Of a stretch of 64,000 nucleotides of DNA, positions 26,976 through 35,673 are shown in pieces. The notes beneath the pieces are model-generated. The model worked only from the letters and a program-made list of their open reading frames with translations, was not told the origin of the DNA and searched no databases. A program made the position numbers and the translations under genes. Positions within the stretch are counted from its first letter, which is position 1, and every line of letters begins with the position of its first letter. Source of the DNA: an uncultured Bacteroidales bacterium (GTDB lineage Bacteria; Bacteroidota; Bacteroidia; Bacteroidales; P3); contig CALEFF010000040.1 of the NCBI GenBank assembly GCA_937876865.1, positions 231 to 64,230 on the forward strand, read 5' to 3'.

Positions 26976-26983
26976 TAACTTTG
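26976..26983 (+). promoter_or_regulatory. -7 promoter box TAACTTTG for the rnf operon
   Basis: The sequence matches TAnnTTTG and lies 39 nt upstream of the ATG at 27022. Confidence 0.45.
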
Positions 26984-27021
26984 TAGATTGAAAAACTATT
27001 ATTTATAAACGTAAAAATATT

Positions 27022-27870
27022 ATGAATTCAATTATTTATGCAATCTTGGCATTAAGTATCATAGGAGCAGTTGCGGCCTTGATTTTGTACTTTGTTGCCC
27101 AAAAATTCAAGGTTTTTGAAGACCCTCGTATTGATACAGTTTGTGAAAAACTACCCGGTGCTAATTGTGGCGGTTGCGGATTTGCTGGTTGTAGAGCTTT
27201 GGCAGAAGCAATCGTTAAAGAAGAAAACTTAGAAAATAAATTTTGTCCTGTCGGAGGAACAAAAACTATGGAAGAAATAGCCGTAGTTATGAATCTCGCC
27301 GTTGAGGAAACAGAACCAAAGATTGCTGTTGTTAGATGTAACGGAGGTAAATGCAACACAAAACCAAAAGTAAATTTTGAAGGATTTGACAATTGTCTTT
27401 ATGCACACATGACTTTTGCAAGTGAAGGAGGTTGTTCTAATGGTTGCTTAGGACTTGGCAATTGTGTAAAAGCTTGTAATTTTGATGCAATACACATAAA
27501 TCCAGAAACACAACTACCAGAAGTAGATGAGGAAAAATGTGTAGCATGTGGAGCCTGCGTTAAGACTTGCCCTCGTTCGGTAATTGAATTAAGAAATAAA
27601 GGCAAAAATTCTCGTAGAGTATTTGTAAGTTGCATAAACCAAGAAAAAGGAGCTGCTGCAAAGAAAAATTGCGAATCTGCTTGTATTGGTTGTGGCAAAT
27701 GTGTAAAAGCATGCCCATTTGAAGCAATTAGTATAAATAACAATGTTGCTTATATAGACTTTAACAAATGTAAGCTATGCAGAAAATGTGTTGCAGAATG
27801 TCCAACAGGAGCAATACATGCAGTTAATTTCCCAATAAAAAAAGAAGAAAAACCTCAAATTAGCGAATAA
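27022..27870 (+). CDS. rnfB: Rnf complex subunit B (polyferredoxin)
   Basis: It has an N-terminal membrane helix, the CGGCGFAGC motif, and several CxxCxxCxxxCP clusters (CVACGACVKTCP, CIGCGKCVKACP, CKLCRKCVAECP). Confidence 0.9.
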   Translation: MNSIIYAILALSIIGAVAALILYFVAQKFKVFEDPRIDTVCEKLPGANCGGCGFAGCRALAEAIVKEENLENKFCPVGGTKTMEEIAVVMNLAVEETEPKIAVVRCNGGKCNTKPKVNFEGFDNCLYAHMTFASEGGCSNGCLGLGNCVKACNFDAIHINPETQLPEVDEEKCVACGACVKTCPRSVIELRNKGKNSRRVFVSCINQEKGAAAKKNCESACIGCGKCVKACPFEAISINNNVAYIDFNKCKLCRKCVAECPTGAIHAVNFPIKKEEKPQISE

Positions 27871-27878
27871 TAAGAATT

Positions 27879-29210
27879 ATGAATACATTTCGATTAGGTG
27901 GAGTTCACCCACAAGAAAATAAATTAGCATCAGAAAACGCTGTTGAATTATTCCCTTTACCAGAAAAAGCAGTAGTTTTTGTTAGTCAACATTTGGGGGC
28001 ACCTTCCACTCCTGTTGTTCAAAAAGGCGATAGAGTAAAAACAGGACAATTATTAGCAAAAGCAGAAGCATTTATCTGTGCAAACACACACTCTCCCTAC
28101 ACTGGAGTAATTACAAAGATTGATGTAGCGACAGATTTCAACGGATATAAAAAGCCAGCATTCTTTATAGACGTAGAAAAAGACGAATGGTGTGAAGAAA
28201 TAGATACATCAGAGGATATTGTAAGAGAAATAAAACTCTCTTCAAAAGAAATTATAGAAAGAATTAAAGACAGAGGCATAGTAGGATTAGGAGGAGCTGC
28301 ATTTCCTACTCACGTAAAATATATGGTTCCTGAGGACAAAAAGGCGGAATACTTAATAATAAATGCTGCTGAATGTGAACCATATCTAACCTCTGATAAT
28401 AGAGTTATATTAGAACACACCGAAGAGGTTCTAATAGGAATTGAAATAATGAAAAAGGCTTTGAATATAAACAAAGCAAAGATTGGTATTGAAGCAAATA
28501 AACCAAAAGCAATAGAAGCATTAAGAAAAATGCTTAATCAATACCCTGGCACAGAAGTTGTTCCTTTAAAAACAAAATATCCACAAGGAGCAGAAAAGCA
28601 ACTTATATATGCTTTAACAAAAAGAGAAGTTCCAAGTGGAAAATTGCCAATAGAAGTTGCTTGTGTAGTAAATAATGTTGGTACAGCCTTTGCAATCTAT
28701 CAAGCAGTTCAAAAAAATCGTCCTTTAATAGATAATATACTAACCTTTACAGGTAAAAAAACTACAAATAACAAGAACTTGTTAGTAAGGGTTGGTACAT
28801 CTATTCAATCAATCATTGATTTTTGCGGAGGATTACCAGAAGACACAGGAAAAGTTATAAATGGCGGACCTATGATGGGTAAAGCAATGATGGATTTGAG
28901 TGCACCAACGACAAAAACCACATCAAGCATTTTAGTTATGTCAGAAGCAGAATCAAGCAGAAAGAAAATGACTAATTGTTTACGTTGTGGCAAATGCGTT
29001 TCTGCTTGTCCAATGGGATTAGAACCTATTCAAATTGCTTTACTTGCAAAACAAGAAAGGTGGGAAGAAGCAGAAAAAGAATGTGCTATGGATTGCATTG
29101 AGTGTGGTAGTTGTTTGTTTACTTGCCCAGCAGGACAACCATTGCTTGATATAATAAGAGTTGCAAAGAGTAAGATTGGAGCAATTAGAAGAGCACGAAG
29201 TAAAAAATAA
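27879..29210 (+). CDS. rnfC: Rnf complex subunit C
   Basis: It has GLGGAAFPTHVK, INAAECEPYLTSD, and C-terminal clusters CLRCGKCVSACPMG and CIECGSCLFTCPAG. Confidence 0.92.
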   Translation: MNTFRLGGVHPQENKLASENAVELFPLPEKAVVFVSQHLGAPSTPVVQKGDRVKTGQLLAKAEAFICANTHSPYTGVITKIDVATDFNGYKKPAFFIDVEKDEWCEEIDTSEDIVREIKLSSKEIIERIKDRGIVGLGGAAFPTHVKYMVPEDKKAEYLIINAAECEPYLTSDNRVILEHTEEVLIGIEIMKKALNINKAKIGIEANKPKAIEALRKMLNQYPGTEVVPLKTKYPQGAEKQLIYALTKREVPSGKLPIEVACVVNNVGTAFAIYQAVQKNRPLIDNILTFTGKKTTNNKNLLVRVGTSIQSIIDFCGGLPEDTGKVINGGPMMGKAMMDLSAPTTKTTSSILVMSEAESSRKKMTNCLRCGKCVSACPMGLEPIQIALLAKQERWEEAEKECAMDCIECGSCLFTCPAGQPLLDIIRVAKSKIGAIRRARSKK

Positions 29211-29217
29211 TTTGAAA

Positions 29218-29721
29218 ATGATTAGACGCTTACTTGTAGTTTTAACAATGAGTATTCTTTGCCCCTTGGTTTATTCACAAGAAACAAACCCTCTTATCTA
29301 TCATAATTTAGACTTTGGCTATTCTATACAATATCCAAGCACATGGGAATTAGAAGAAGATCAAGAGAATCAAAGCGTAACCATTTTTGAGCAAGAAGAA
29401 AACTCAGATATATTAAAACACATTCAAATAAGCGTTGCAAGATGGGAAGATGGAGACTTAGCAGAATTCATAAAATCAGTAAACATTGAAGATTTAGAAA
29501 ATCTTTATTCAGATTTTAAAATATACCATCACACCCAAGAAGAAACAACTTGCATATATGAACTTTCATACACACTAAACGATGTTAAAACAAATAGCAT
29601 ATTTTACTTCATCAAAGAAGAAGATAATATTTACATCATTATGGCAATGACAGATGCCTCAAACTATGAAAGTGACAAAGAAACATTTATGAATATTATA
29701 GAAAGTATAGAAATTCAATAA
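29218..29721 (+). CDS. Secreted hypothetical protein inserted between rnfC and rnfD (possibly PsbP/DcrB-like fold)
   Basis: This is a 167-aa ORF starting at the MIRRLLVV methionine, because the longer ORF start overlaps rnfC. The signal peptide ends ...LVYSQE. The block YHNLDFGYSIQYPSTWELEED resembles the first strand pattern of PsbP/DUF1795-type proteins, but that assignment has low confidence. Confidence 0.5.
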   Translation: MIRRLLVVLTMSILCPLVYSQETNPLIYHNLDFGYSIQYPSTWELEEDQENQSVTIFEQEENSDILKHIQISVARWEDGDLAEFIKSVNIEDLENLYSDFKIYHHTQEETTCIYELSYTLNDVKTNSIFYFIKEEDNIYIIMAMTDASNYESDKETFMNIIESIEIQ

Positions 29722-29744
29722 ACAACAATAAAAAAAATAAAACA

Positions 29745-30677
29745 ATGGCATTACTTAAAGTTTCAGGTTCTCCACACGTACAAAGTAAAGATACCACACA
29801 AAGTATTATGTGGAGCGTAGTTATCGCACTAATTCCGGCTTTGTTGGTTGGAGTATATTTCTTTGGATTTAGAGTTTTGGCAGTAACGTCAGTATCAGTT
29901 GCAGCTTGTGTATTATTTGAATGGTTAATTCAGAAATTTCTTCTCAAAGGAGAACAAACTATTTCAGATGGTTCTGCTATTATAACAGGTATGCTTTTAG
30001 CATTTAACTTACCTTCTAACATACCTTTTTATATTGTTATAATTGGAGCGTTAGTTTCAATTGGAATTGGTAAAATGACCTTTGGTGGTTTAGGAAAAAA
30101 TCCTTTCAACCCTGCATTAGTAGGTAGAGTGTTCTTATTTCTTTCTTTCCCAACACACGTTGCGATGTCGCAATGGCCAATTGCAAAATCAGTAGATGCC
30201 TTAACCGGACCAACACCTTTATCATTGATAAAAAACGGAGAAAGTATTGATTTAATAAATATGTTCATAGGAACGACAGGAGGTAGTTTTGGAGAAGTTT
30301 CTGCAATTGCAATAATCTTAGGAGGATTATTTATGCTTTTTAGAAAAGTTATTACTTGGCACATACCTGTTGCTTTCATTGGATCTGCATGGTTGTTTGC
30401 AGGAATACTTTATTTAGCAGGAATAACCGTAGATCCTACAACTCATATTCTTGCAGGAGGACTTATGCTTGGTGCAATCTTTATGGCGACCGATATGGCT
30501 ACAAGTCCAATCACAAAAACAGGACAAATAATATTTGGTGTAGGATGTGGTCTTTTAACAATCATTTTCCGTTGTTTTGGACCTATGCCAGAAGGAGTTT
30601 CTTTTGCAATATTGATTATGAATGCTGTTACTCCTTTAATAAATAAGATGTGTAAACCAAAGAAATTTGGTTATTAA
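29745..30677 (+). CDS. rnfD: Rnf complex subunit D
   Basis: This polytopic membrane protein has SPH near the N-terminus and the FMN-attachment region FMATDMATSPIT. Confidence 0.92.
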   Translation: MALLKVSGSPHVQSKDTTQSIMWSVVIALIPALLVGVYFFGFRVLAVTSVSVAACVLFEWLIQKFLLKGEQTISDGSAIITGMLLAFNLPSNIPFYIVIIGALVSIGIGKMTFGGLGKNPFNPALVGRVFLFLSFPTHVAMSQWPIAKSVDALTGPTPLSLIKNGESIDLINMFIGTTGGSFGEVSAIAIILGGLFMLFRKVITWHIPVAFIGSAWLFAGILYLAGITVDPTTHILAGGLMLGAIFMATDMATSPITKTGQIIFGVGCGLLTIIFRCFGPMPEGVSFAILIMNAVTPLINKMCKPKKFGY

Positions 30678-30697
30678 ACAATTAAAACGATAGAATT

Positions 30698-31297
30698 ATG
30701 GCAAAATTAGATTCTTCATTAAAAAATATGGTAATGTCATTGGCCATTATCTCTTTTGGTGCATCTGCTATTCTTGGAGGCGTTTATGTTTTGACTAAAA
30801 AACCAATAGAAGATGCTGCTGAATTAAAGAAAACAAACGCTATCAAAGAAGTATTGCCTCAAAACAATAATATGAAAATAGGAGAAGCAGTAGAAATAAC
30901 ACTTGAATCTTATTCAGAAAAGTTCATTGTGTATCCTGCTTTTGAAAATGATAAATTGATTGCTGCTGCAGTAGAAACTTTTGATAACAATGGATATGGC
31001 GGACAAATAAAATCTATGGTTGGGTTCGATGCAGAAGGAAATATTGTAAACTATGCAATATTATCAATGAGTGAAACTCCTGGTTTAGGAGAAAAAGTAA
31101 CATCTTGGTTTAAAACAAAAAGAAACAATCAAGACATTAGAGGCAAAAAACCATCAGAAGAAAGTTTCAAAGTAAGCAAAGACGGAGGAGAAATCGATGC
31201 AATTACCGCATCAACTATCACATCAAGAGCATTCCTCTCTTCTGTAAAAACAGCATACAACGTATTTATTGAATATCAAAAACAACAAAACAAATAA
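30698..31297 (+). CDS. rnfG: Rnf complex subunit G (FMN-binding)
   Basis: It has a single N-terminal helix, the block ETPGLGEK, and the covalent-FMN motif DAITASTITSRA. Confidence 0.9.
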   Translation: MAKLDSSLKNMVMSLAIISFGASAILGGVYVLTKKPIEDAAELKKTNAIKEVLPQNNNMKIGEAVEITLESYSEKFIVYPAFENDKLIAAAVETFDNNGYGGQIKSMVGFDAEGNIVNYAILSMSETPGLGEKVTSWFKTKRNNQDIRGKKPSEESFKVSKDGGEIDAITASTITSRAFLSSVKTAYNVFIEYQKQQNK

Positions 31298-31301
31298 AGC
31301 T

Positions 31302-31889
31302 ATGAATAAGTTTAAAATTGTAATAAACGGCATAATAAAAGAAAACCCTGTTTTTTGTTTATTATTAGGAATGTGTCCTACACTTGGAACAACTACTTCT
31401 GCAATAAACGGTATGGGAATGGGATTATGTACAACATTCGTTTTAATATTGAGTAATATCGCTATTTCATTATTAAAAAACCTTGTACCTGATAAAGTGA
31501 GAATCCCTGCTTTCATTGTGATAATTGCCTCTTTCGTAACAGTATTACAACTATGTATGCAAGCATATTTACCTGCATTATATGAAAGTTTAGGCTTGTT
31601 TATTCCATTGATTGTGGTAAACTGTCTTATCTTAGGAAGAGCAGAAGCGTTTGCAAGCAAAAATAACGTAATTAACTCTATGTTTGACGGAATAGGAATG
31701 GGACTTGGATTTACTCTTGGCTTAACAATCTTAGGCATAGTAAGAGAAGTTTTAGGCTCAGGCTCTATCTTTGGAATGAAATTTATTGGAGAGGCCGATG
31801 GCATCTTAGTATTCGTTCTTGCACCAGGAGCATTCATAGCATTAGGCTATTTGATTGCGATAGTCAATAAGCTAAAATCAAAACAATAA
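31302..31889 (+). CDS. rnfE: Rnf complex subunit E
   Basis: It has NPVFCLLLGMCPTLGTTT and PLIVVNCLILGRAEAFA and is a paralogue of RnfA. I set the start at the MNKFKIV methionine, just after the rnfG stop. Confidence 0.9.
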   Translation: MNKFKIVINGIIKENPVFCLLLGMCPTLGTTTSAINGMGMGLCTTFVLILSNIAISLLKNLVPDKVRIPAFIVIIASFVTVLQLCMQAYLPALYESLGLFIPLIVVNCLILGRAEAFASKNNVINSMFDGIGMGLGFTLGLTILGIVREVLGSGSIFGMKFIGEADGILVFVLAPGAFIALGYLIAIVNKLKSKQ

Positions 31890-31915
31890 CACTAAAATAA
31901 TAACTTATTATAAAG

Positions 31916-31955
31916 AATCAGTCGTTGAATATTGTTTCATCGACTGATTTTTTTC
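31916..31955 (+). terminator. Intrinsic terminator after rnfE
   Basis: The stem AATCAGTCG (31916-31924) / CGACTGATT (31941-31949) is followed by T6. Confidence 0.7.
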
Positions 31956-31956
31956 G

Positions 31957-31964
31957 TATCTTTG
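31957..31964 (+). promoter_or_regulatory. -7 promoter box TATCTTTG for the M14 carboxypeptidase gene
   Basis: The box ends only 6 nt before the ATG at 31971, which implies a very short or absent leader. Confidence 0.4.
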
Positions 31965-31970
31965 CAAAAT

Positions 31971-33644
31971 ATGAAAAAGCTTATTATTTTTATTTGCATT
32001 TTTTGTTGTTATTTTACTTGTTTTTGCCAAGAATATAACAAAGTAAAAGATATTCTTAACCAAAGAGGAGAAGCAAAAATATTAGTAAAAGCAAGCGAAA
32101 ATAAATTAGAAGAATTGTCTTTGTTTACAAGCATTGACCGCAAAATAAAGAACGAATATTTAGTCTATGTAAATGAAAAACAATTCAATAATTTTTTAAC
32201 CTTAGGATTAAATTATAGGCTTTATCAAGAAGAAAAAAACGAAAAACAAATAAACGTAGCAACCACAATTGGACAAATGCAATCTTGGGATCGCTATCCT
32301 TCTTATCAAGTCTATGTTGATTTAATGCAAAACCTTGCACAAGACTTTCCAAACATTTGTAAATTAGATACAATAGGCTATTCAGTAGAAAATCGTCTAA
32401 TCTTATCACTTAAAATCCACGATAATGCCACAGAAAACGCTCCAAAGTTTTTTTATAGTTCCACAATCCATGGTGATGAACTCACAGGAGCAGTTGTATT
32501 ACTACGTTTATCAGACTATCTTTTAAAAAATCACCAAACAAACAACGAAATACAAAACTTAATCTCCAATATGCAAATATACATCTGTCCAATAGCAAAT
32601 CCAGACGGAGTTTATGCAGGAGGCAACAACAACGTATCAAACGCAACACGCTATAATGCAAATTATGTCGATTTAAATAGAAACTTTCCTAATCCAAAAT
32701 ATGGACAACACCCTGATGGAGAACAGCATCAAAAAGAAACATTAGCATTTATGAATTATTCCTTACAAGAAGACTTTGATTTATCAATTAATCTTCACAC
32801 AGGAGCAGAAGTTTGCAACTATCCATGGGACACTTGGAAAGAAAACGAAAGACGACACCCTGATACAGAATGGTTTATTTCTCTTTGCCAAGAATTTGTT
32901 TCCCAAGTTAGAAATGCAGGAGGACAAAATTATTTTTCAGATGTAACATATAGCGGAATAACTAACGGAGGAGATTGGTATAAGATTTATGGCTCTCGTC
33001 AAGATTGGCAGAATTGGTACACAAAAGCGAGAGAACTCACATTAGAAGTAAGCACCACAAAAACACCTTCCTCAAATCTTTTACCTCTCTATTGGAACAA
33101 ATTAAAAGATGGTTTAATTAGTTTTATTAGCAACTCATTAACAGGAGTAGAAGGGCTAATTAAAGATATAAACTCGCAAGAAACAATAGAAAACGCAACA
33201 ATAGAAGTAGAGAATATAGATTACGACTCTTTATTTACCTATTCTAATAATCAAGGATACTATTTCCGTCCTTTGCTCCCAGGAAATTATCAAATAAAAA
33301 TATCAGCACAAGGATATAACGATACATTAGTAAACATAAACATAGAAGACAACACAACACTAACACAAGATATTTACCTATCCCCTTGTTCTACATCATT
33401 ATCATCTTACGAAAATTCAATAGAAGATGTAATAATTTTTCCAAATCCATGTAATGAGAAATTATTTCTAAGAAATAATAATTTTTTTGCTTACATTATT
33501 TCCAATTTTCAAAGAAATAATTTATTAAAACAAAGAATAAATAAATCAAACGAAATAGACGTATCTGAATTATCAGCAGGAGTATATTTTCTTACTCTCT
33601 ATGGTCAAGACGAAACACGAACATTGATTTTTATAAAACAATAA
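31971..33644 (+). CDS. M14-family zinc carboxypeptidase with T9SS C-terminal sorting domain
   Basis: After a signal peptide it has the zinc motif STIHGDELTG (HxxE) and DLNRNFP. A carboxypeptidase-regulatory-like beta domain follows, and the C-terminus is IIFPNPCNEKLFL...GVYFLTLYGQDETRTLIFIKQ. Confidence 0.85.
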   Translation: MKKLIIFICIFCCYFTCFCQEYNKVKDILNQRGEAKILVKASENKLEELSLFTSIDRKIKNEYLVYVNEKQFNNFLTLGLNYRLYQEEKNEKQINVATTIGQMQSWDRYPSYQVYVDLMQNLAQDFPNICKLDTIGYSVENRLILSLKIHDNATENAPKFFYSSTIHGDELTGAVVLLRLSDYLLKNHQTNNEIQNLISNMQIYICPIANPDGVYAGGNNNVSNATRYNANYVDLNRNFPNPKYGQHPDGEQHQKETLAFMNYSLQEDFDLSINLHTGAEVCNYPWDTWKENERRHPDTEWFISLCQEFVSQVRNAGGQNYFSDVTYSGITNGGDWYKIYGSRQDWQNWYTKARELTLEVSTTKTPSSNLLPLYWNKLKDGLISFISNSLTGVEGLIKDINSQETIENATIEVENIDYDSLFTYSNNQGYYFRPLLPGNYQIKISAQGYNDTLVNINIEDNTTLTQDIYLSPCSTSLSSYENSIEDVIIFPNPCNEKLFLRNNNFFAYIISNFQRNNLLKQRINKSNEIDVSELSAGVYFLTLYGQDETRTLIFIKQ

Positions 33645-33658
33645 AAACAGAATAAAAT

Positions 33659-34450
33659 ATGAAAAAGACAAAAAAGATTTTAATATTAGCAACATTTTTC
33701 AGTCTATTCTTTTGCTCAATAACGAGCGCACAAGAAAGAAGAGAAGAAATCACAGGGCAAGACACAGCAATAAGCACGCCTTTCTTTACCGCATCAGCAG
33801 GATGGACTTTTCCATTTGGAGAAATGGGTAATAGATACAACTCTTTCATAAACATAAACACTAATTTAGGTTGGAAATCACAAACAAACTGGATTTACTA
33901 TTGTGAATTTGGCTTTCAATTTGGCTCGGACAACGTAAAAATAAAAAATGACATACTTTCAGAAATGCTAACAAACACTTCTGACCCTTATGTTATTGGA
34001 ATGGACGGAACAAACGCAGGAGTAGTTGCTTACAATAGAAATTTAAGTCTATCTATTTTTGGAGGCAAAGTAATACCTCTTTGGTTTTCTAATCCAAATT
34101 CAGGATTGATGCTAACCTTAGGAGCAGGGTTTCTTCAACATCAAATAATCTATCAACCAACTCTTACAGAAGCTCCTCAAATAGAAGGAGATTATGCCTT
34201 AGGTTACGACAGACAAATGCGAGGAGTAATGATTTCTGGATTCTTAGGCTACATTCACATGAGTAAAAAGAATTTTGCAAATTTTTATGTAGGGTTGCAA
34301 GTAGATAATGCTTGGACAAAAATGACCCGAAAATATCAATTTGATTTGCGAGGAGGTGATAACAATCTTTATTACGATGGAATGTTTACATTAAAAATAG
34401 GTTGGATGTTCCCTTTCTACGGACGAGATGCCGATAAAATTTACTACTAA
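33659..34450 (+). CDS. Hypothetical outer-membrane beta-barrel protein
   Basis: It has the signal peptide MKKTKKILILATFFSLFFCSITSAQ and a G/Y/F/N-rich alternating pattern. Confidence 0.45.
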   Translation: MKKTKKILILATFFSLFFCSITSAQERREEITGQDTAISTPFFTASAGWTFPFGEMGNRYNSFININTNLGWKSQTNWIYYCEFGFQFGSDNVKIKNDILSEMLTNTSDPYVIGMDGTNAGVVAYNRNLSLSIFGGKVIPLWFSNPNSGLMLTLGAGFLQHQIIYQPTLTEAPQIEGDYALGYDRQMRGVMISGFLGYIHMSKKNFANFYVGLQVDNAWTKMTRKYQFDLRGGDNNLYYDGMFTLKIGWMFPFYGRDADKIYY

Positions 34451-34460
34451 AATTTAAACC

Positions 34461-35672
34461 ATGAGATTTTTATACAACATCTTTATTTATATTTACATAG
34501 GCATACTTCACCTCATTTCTCCTTTTAATAAAAAAATTAAAACAATGTTAAAAGGAGAAAAAGAATGTTTTGACAAACTAAAAAGCATAAATCAAAACGA
34601 TAAAATTGCTTGGTTTCATTGTGCTTCATTAGGAGAATTTGAACAAGGACGCCCTTTACTTGAAGAAGTAAAAAAACACTTTCCTAAACACAAGATACTG
34701 CTTTCGTTTTATTCACCCTCAGGATATGAAGCAAAGAAAGATTATTCCTTAGCAGACTATATAGTTTACCTTCCTAACGATACAAGAAAAAATGCAAAGA
34801 AATTTGTTAGTATAGTAAATCCCGATTTAATTTTTTTCATAAAATATGAATTTTGGTACAACTATATCTTAGAATTAAAAGGTAGAAGATTATTTCAAGT
34901 CTCACTAATACTTAGAGAAAATCAATATTTCTTCACATGGTATGGTAAATGGTTTGCAAAACAACTTAAAAACTTTGAGCATTTCTTTGTTCAAAATCAA
35001 CAAACCGCTACCCTACTGAACAAAATCGGTTATAAAAACATTACAATTAGTGGAGACACAAGATTTGATAGAGTAATGACAATTGCAAATAACGCAAAAT
35101 CTTTCCCTGATATAGAGAAATTTTGTCAAGGAGATAAAAAAATAATTTTAGCAGGTAGTTCATGGTTAGCAGATGAAAAAATAATTGAAAAAGCAATTAA
35201 AAACTTAGATATAAAACTAATAATTGCCCCTCACATTGTAGAACAATCTCACATAAACGAAATACAAGAACTCTTCCCTCAGGCAATTCTCTATTCCGAA
35301 TTAGCAGAAAACAAAAAAGAAAGCAATATTCTAATCATAAACTGCATAGGAATATTATCAAATCTTTATCAATATTGCGATATTGCTTACATTGGTGGAG
35401 GTTTTGGAGTAGGAATACACAATACATTAGAAGCGGCAACCTTTGGAAAACCTATTTGCTTTGGTACAAACTATCAAAAATTTCAAGAAGCAATTGATTT
35501 AATAAACCTAAAAGCGGCTTATAGTATAAGTAACGAAGAAGAATTAAAGGAAATTCTTTCTTCATTATTGAGCGATAAAGAAAAATACGAAAAATCAGCA
35601 ACGGCTTCAAAAAATTACGTACAAGAGAAAGTAGGAGCCTGTAAAAAAATTATTGAACACTTAAAAAACTAA
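34461..35672 (+). CDS. waaA: 3-deoxy-D-manno-octulosonic acid (Kdo) transferase
   Basis: It has the N-terminal glycosyltransferase-N block WFHCASLGEFEQGRPLLEE and a GT-B C-terminal half. Confidence 0.85.
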   Translation: MRFLYNIFIYIYIGILHLISPFNKKIKTMLKGEKECFDKLKSINQNDKIAWFHCASLGEFEQGRPLLEEVKKHFPKHKILLSFYSPSGYEAKKDYSLADYIVYLPNDTRKNAKKFVSIVNPDLIFFIKYEFWYNYILELKGRRLFQVSLILRENQYFFTWYGKWFAKQLKNFEHFFVQNQQTATLLNKIGYKNITISGDTRFDRVMTIANNAKSFPDIEKFCQGDKKIILAGSSWLADEKIIEKAIKNLDIKLIIAPHIVEQSHINEIQELFPQAILYSELAENKKESNILIINCIGILSNLYQYCDIAYIGGGFGVGIHNTLEAATFGKPICFGTNYQKFQEAIDLINLKAAYSISNEEELKEILSSLLSDKEKYEKSATASKNYVQEKVGACKKIIEHLKN

Positions 35673-35673
35673 A

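Noticed and set aside
27036-27743. Two long antisense ORFs (118 and 114 aa) lie inside rnfB. Similar antisense or alternate-frame ORFs occur elsewhere: 5530-6012, 30029-30379, 31223-31837, 46439-46828, 55836-56234, and many 60-100-aa ORFs inside aspS, ackA, nrdJ, nifJ and clpX.
   Set aside because: Each is fully embedded in a gene that has strong family motifs. Their translations are low-complexity or compositionally odd, and none has its own promoter box. They are best explained as frame shadows of real genes.
29161-29217. The longer start of the ORF between rnfC and rnfD overlaps the last 50 nt of rnfC.
   Set aside because: The overlap region translates to a charged, non-signal sequence, whereas the internal ATG at 29218 starts a canonical signal peptide right after the rnfC stop. 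The same logic trimmed the starts of prs, rnfE, the M14 peptidase, ssb, lysS and rlmN, where the longer ORF starts lie upstream of the mapped -7 boxes or overlap the upstream gene.
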